64,000 nt of DNA, taken from NCBI GenBank assembly GCA_963785725.1, contig CAWAWS010000007.1, positions 736,001 through 800,000 on the forward strand, written 5' to 3'. Shown piece after piece: positions 60,550-64,000 of this stretch. Positions within the stretch are counted from its first letter, which is position 1. Every line of letters begins with the position of its first letter. The DNA is from an uncultured delta proteobacterium (GTDB lineage: Bacteria; Myxococcota_A; Polyangia; Palsa-1104). Under the pieces are notes generated by a model. The model had not been told where the DNA came from, ran no database searches, and was given only the letters and a program-made list of their open reading frames with translations. The translations under genes were made by a program, and so were the position numbers.

Positions 60550-61485
60550 ATGACCCAACGGATGAAGCCGTACACCGGCGGGAGCTTCGCGCTGGAGCTC
60601 GATCAGAAGCATTCGTCGGTCGGCTGGCTCACCAGCATCGACGGCGGGCACTTCAAGACGACGTCGGTCGACTCGCAGGTCGGTCGCGACGGCTACGTCA
60701 CGAAGTACGCCGGCAAGCCCAGCTACGACGACGTGACCATCGGCTGTGGTCTGGCCATGAGCGGATCGTTTTGGCATTGGGTGCGCGCCAGCCTCCACCG
60801 GAAGCCCGAGCGGCGCGACGGCGCGCTCGTCGCGTACGACTTCAACCAGCGCGAGCGCGGGCGGCGTACGTTTCGGCGCGCGCTCATCTCGGAGATCGCG
60901 TTTCCGGCGCTCGACGCGTCGTCGAAGGCGGCGGCGGGGCTCAACATCAAGTTCTCGCCCGAGCACATCGGCTACGAGGAGGGCGACGGCTCGACGTTGT
61001 CGGCGCAGAACAACAACAACGAGATGACGAAGTCGAAGCAGTGGCTGGCGTGCAACTTCAACTTCGCGCTCGAGCGCTTCAAAGGCGACGTCGCGCTGCG
61101 CAACTGCAAGGTCGAGGCGTTCACGATCAAGCAGAACATCATCGTCAACAACATCGGCGCCGAGCTCGAGCCGCGCAAAGAGCCGGGTCGGCTGGAGATG
61201 CCGCAGATCGTCGTCTCGTTTCCCGAGAGCATGGCCAAGGGCTGGTTCGAGTGGTTCCACAAGGCGAACCGCCTCGGCGAGCGCAGCGATCAGTACACGA
61301 CGGGGCAGATTCAGTATTTGGCGCCCGACAACCGGCAAGAGCTGATGCGCATCGACCTCGATGGCGTGTCGCTGATCTCGATCGAGATCGACAAGCTGGA
61401 GGCGCACCGCGAGTCGATCGCCAACGTGAAGTGCACGTTGAACGTCGAGAGCATGAAGATGGTCAACGGGCCCGGCATCATTTAG
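60550..61485 (+). CDS. Phage tail tube-like protein with two tandem T4 gp19-like domains
   Basis: Domain 1 FALELD...KYAGKPSYDDVTI...FWHW...RRDGAL...LDASS; domain 2 NFNFAL...KEPGRLE...WFEWF...TGQIQYL; AAGGAG SD. Confidence 0.75.
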   Translation: MTQRMKPYTGGSFALELDQKHSSVGWLTSIDGGHFKTTSVDSQVGRDGYVTKYAGKPSYDDVTIGCGLAMSGSFWHWVRASLHRKPERRDGALVAYDFNQRERGRRTFRRALISEIAFPALDASSKAAAGLNIKFSPEHIGYEEGDGSTLSAQNNNNEMTKSKQWLACNFNFALERFKGDVALRNCKVEAFTIKQNIIVNNIGAELEPRKEPGRLEMPQIVVSFPESMAKGWFEWFHKANRLGERSDQYTTGQIQYLAPDNRQELMRIDLDGVSLISIEIDKLEAHRESIANVKCTLNVESMKMVNGPGII

Positions 61486-61531
61486 CGACGGCAGCACCAC
61501 ATAGCGACGGCAGCGAACGCGACGCGGCTGG

Positions 61532-61897
61532 TTAGCGGAGCAGAGCGCGGAGGGTGGCGCGGAGCGTGTGGGGGGTGGTCGGGACGTCGACGATGCCGAT
61601 GAGGGCGGCGGTCGGGAATGGCGGATCGGCGCGAACGGCGTCGTCGCCGCGGGTGGTGAGCGTGGTCGAGGTCGCGCCGATGAGGCGGTGGGCGATGAGG
61701 CGCTCGGGCGTGGCGATGACGACGACGTCGCCGAGGCGGGCGTCGGCGGCGACGGCGGGGCGGACGCGCAGGCGATCGCCGGGCGCGAAGAGCGGGCGCA
61801 TGCTGGTGCCGGTCGCGGGCAGGATGACGGGGCGGCCTTCGCGCAGGAGCGCGGCGGCAGCGAGCGAGCGCAGCGGCAGCTCTGACGCGCGCGACAT
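61532..61897 (-). CDS. S24/S26 family peptidase (soluble)
   Basis: GTSMRP...GD.L.V...GDVVV...AHRL...TRGD; no TM segment. Confidence 0.85.
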   Translation of the reverse strand: MSRASELPLRSLAAAALLREGRPVILPATGTSMRPLFAPGDRLRVRPAVAADARLGDVVVIATPERLIAHRLIGATSTTLTTRGDDAVRADPPFPTAALIGIVDVPTTPHTLRATLRALLR

Positions 61898-62812
61898 TTA
61901 GGGCGGACCGCCCAGGCGATCGAGCAGCAGGCGCGCGGCGGCAACGCCCTTGCGGTTGTGGAAGACGTAGCGCGGCACGTCTTGCACGAGGCGCGCGAGA
62001 TGATCGAGCACGCGCGCCGAGGCTTTGTCGTCCCACACGGGCGGGAAATGGCAGCGGTAGAGCAGCGCCAAGGCGCGCGCCGGCGTGATGGGCACGAGCT
62101 CGTCGCGGTCGGCCTGCTCGAGGAAGACGAGGCCGCGCAGGGGCGCCGACGAGTTGTGGGCAAAGCCGCCCTCGCCGGGCCAGGGCGTGCCGCCGAGCGC
62201 CCACTGACCGGGCGCGCCGCCGTTCTCGCCGTCGCTGCGCGCGCTGCCGTCGTCGTGGACGCGGTTGAGCGGGCGGACGACGGTGCGCTCGTCGGAGAGG
62301 ATGCGGGCGCCGAGCTCGGAGCAGGCGCGCGCCATCGTCGACTTGCCGGCGCCCGACGGGCCGGCGACGAGGAATGCGCCGTCACGGCCGACGATGCTGG
62401 CCGCGTGCGCGAGCGCGCCGCCGCCGATGCCGAGCGCGTGAATCGTCAGCAGCTGATCGGACGGATAGGCGAACGGCCGTGGCGCAGCGTCGTCGCGATA
62501 GTAGGCGTGGCCGTCGAGGCCGTCGCGCGGCAGCTCCACGCGCATGACCTCGAGCGGCGTCGCCGACGAGTCCTTGATGCAGAGCGTGAAGCGAGCGTCA
62601 TCGAGAAACGCGGCCCAGCTGTCGACTTCGATGACCGGCGTTCCGGTTGGCCGCAGCGGCGCTGGTGCGACGTGTGTTTGCAGGCGCAGCTCGATCGTCG
62701 GCGTTCCCTCGCCGCGCGCCGCGTCCTCCGCGGGCATATCGCCGGCGAGCGCAATCGCGACGCCGCCGACGACGTGGGTCAGCTCGCGCTCGGAGTCACG
62801 CACGCGGCGCAC
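61898..62812 (-). CDS. HPr kinase-like P-loop protein (RiPP-cluster associated)
   Basis: LAHAASI, GPSGAGKST, ILSDERTVVR, GTPWPG; start at 62812 or 62803. Confidence 0.78.
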   Translation of the reverse strand: MRRVRDSERELTHVVGGVAIALAGDMPAEDAARGEGTPTIELRLQTHVAPAPLRPTGTPVIEVDSWAAFLDDARFTLCIKDSSATPLEVMRVELPRDGLDGHAYYRDDAAPRPFAYPSDQLLTIHALGIGGGALAHAASIVGRDGAFLVAGPSGAGKSTMARACSELGARILSDERTVVRPLNRVHDDGSARSDGENGGAPGQWALGGTPWPGEGGFAHNSSAPLRGLVFLEQADRDELVPITPARALALLYRCHFPPVWDDKASARVLDHLARLVQDVPRYVFHNRKGVAAARLLLDRLGGPP

Positions 62813-62964
62813 AAATGGAAGCCGGTGCCGCCGCGGCCAGTACCAGCGCCACCGGCCGTCTTGCAGCCGGCGAGCAGGTTTTCATTGGCGCGCAGCGGAA
62901 TGTCTTCCACGGCCGGTGGCTCATAATCCTCGCGAACGATCTGACTATCCTGCTGATTGTCCAT
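62779..62964 (-). CDS. Putative RiPP precursor peptide (61 aa)
   Basis: GAGGAG SD; leader with YEPP..EDIPL..NENLLAGCK; Gly-rich core with Cys34, Cys52, Cys55 and C-terminal Ser; lies between the rSAM and kinase genes. Confidence 0.85.
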   Translation of the reverse strand: MDNQQDSQIVREDYEPPAVEDIPLRANENLLAGCKTAGGAGTGRGGTGFHLCAACVTPSAS

Positions 62965-64000
62965 GTTCTCCTCGCAGTCGCAGCTTCACCAGCCCGTTGG
63001 GCATGGGACGGTTCTCGCCGAACATATCGGCATTGCGCGCATCGGTGACCGCGCACATGTACGGATTGCCGCCGTCGGCAGCCAAGCCTTCGAGCTCGGC
63101 CATTCCCGTGCAGTTGGAGCAGGCGACGCCGGTCGTGCACGTGCCGCAGCCGCTCATATCGTCGCGGCGCGTGTCGAGCACTTTGGCAAAGGGCGCGCCG
63201 AAGCCCGCGGCGAAGCCGTCGCGCAGGACGTCCCAGCCGGGCTTGCGCGACAGCTCGCACACGTGCAGCTTGCCGTAGGGATCGATGAGATAGGTCGCGG
63301 CCCCGGCGCCGCACTGATAGCGCTTGTCGCTCGGCGGCGGCGTGCCCAGTCGCGGCGCGCAGAAGTCGGCCAGCTCGTGCTTTCGCTTGCCGTCACCGCC
63401 TTCGACCGCGGCCACTTCGTCCGGCGACAGGCGCTGCTCGAGCGGCTTTCGTCCGCCGTCGATGCGCGGGCTCAAGACGGCGTCGAAGCGGAAGCGCAGC
63501 CCTTCGTCCTCGGCGAAGCGACGAATGTCGTGCACTTCGTCGCGCGTCGCCTTCATGGCGATCGCCTTGAGCGTGACGGAGACGCCCGCGGCGCGCAGTC
63601 GGCTCAAGCCGGTCTTGAAGCGATCGTATTGGGCGCCCGCGTCGGTGACTTTGTCGTAGGTCTCGGGCTTGAACCCATACTGCGTCACCTCGACCATCCG
63701 CGGCGGGCGCGTGCGCCACATCTCGAGGTGCCGCTCGGTGATGAGCACGGCGTTCGTGTAGACGTTGAGGACGATGCCCTTGTCGTGCGCGTACGAATAG
63801 ATGTCGCAGAAGTCGGGACGCAAGAGCGGCTCGCCGCCGGTCAGCGTCAGCCACAGCGTGCCGGCCTCGGCGATCTGATCGATCACGGCGAACCACTCGG
63901 TCGTCGTGAGCTCGCGTCGCTGCGCCGGGCGATCGTTGGCCGGCAGGTTCACGTAGCAGTGAATGCAGGCGAGATTGCAGCGATGGGTCAGCTCCAATCC
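62945..64000 (-). CDS. Radical SAM/SPASM domain protein (5' truncated by window)
   Basis: CNLACIHC, TGGEPLL, YTNA; SPASM Cys pattern Cx12Gx4C...Cx2Cx5Cx2Cx18C. Confidence 0.95.
   Translation of the reverse strand, partial: GLELTHRCNLACIHCYVNLPANDRPAQRRELTTTEWFAVIDQIAEAGTLWLTLTGGEPLLRPDFCDIYSYAHDKGIVLNVYTNAVLITERHLEMWRTRPPRMVEVTQYGFKPETYDKVTDAGAQYDRFKTGLSRLRAAGVSVTLKAIAMKATRDEVHDIRRFAEDEGLRFRFDAVLSPRIDGGRKPLEQRLSPDEVAAVEGGDGKRKHELADFCAPRLGTPPPSDKRYQCGAGAATYLIDPYGKLHVCELSRKPGWDVLRDGFAAGFGAPFAKVLDTRRDDMSGCGTCTTGVACSNCTGMAELEGLAADGGNPYMCAVTDARNADMFGENRPMPNGLVKLRLRGEHGQSAG

Noticed and set aside
60550..61485. Prophage
   Set aside because: No integrase, terminase, capsid, portal or other phage genes nearby
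62779..62964. Precursor as a lasso peptide or as a lipoprotein
   Set aside because: No lasso cyclase or B2 protease in view and no Asp/Glu at core positions 7-9; LAGC lacks the preceding basic and hydrophobic signal regions
62945..64000. Calling the radical SAM pqqE
   Set aside because: No pqqB/C in view and the neighbouring peptide lacks the PqqA ExxxY motif

Overview
A high-GC bacterial chromosome segment. Its gene content suggests Myxococcota (inference): several Hanks-type Ser/Thr kinases, FHA-sigma54 and FHA-GGDEF regulators, and Cys-rich lipoproteins. Most of the window is housekeeping and envelope genes (mtnP, pfkB-type kinase, tsaE, glnD, guaB, guaA, mug, mutL, miaA, accA, PBPs, GT-C glycosyltransferases). 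The best candidate for an undescribed system is at the right edge (61532-64000, minus strand), a tightly coupled putative RiPP cluster. Its order is radical SAM/SPASM maturase (cut by the window edge), a 61-aa precursor with a YxxP leader and a Gly/Cys-rich core ending in Ser, an HPr-kinase-like P-loop protein, and a soluble S24/S26 peptidase. Other points of note: an orphan double-domain gp19-like tail-tube gene and an Afp15/Pvc15-like AAA+ ATPase with no other injection-system genes; a Fic protein inserted between guaB and guaA; a PspB/C-like membrane kinase; and a window-wide leaderless-promoter signature (TANNNT 5-8 nt before start codons). Several frameshifts, dense at about 45.9-47.3 kb, look like sequencing indels. 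No rRNA, tRNA, CRISPR array or transposase was recognised. All family assignments are by eye from motifs; no database searches were run.
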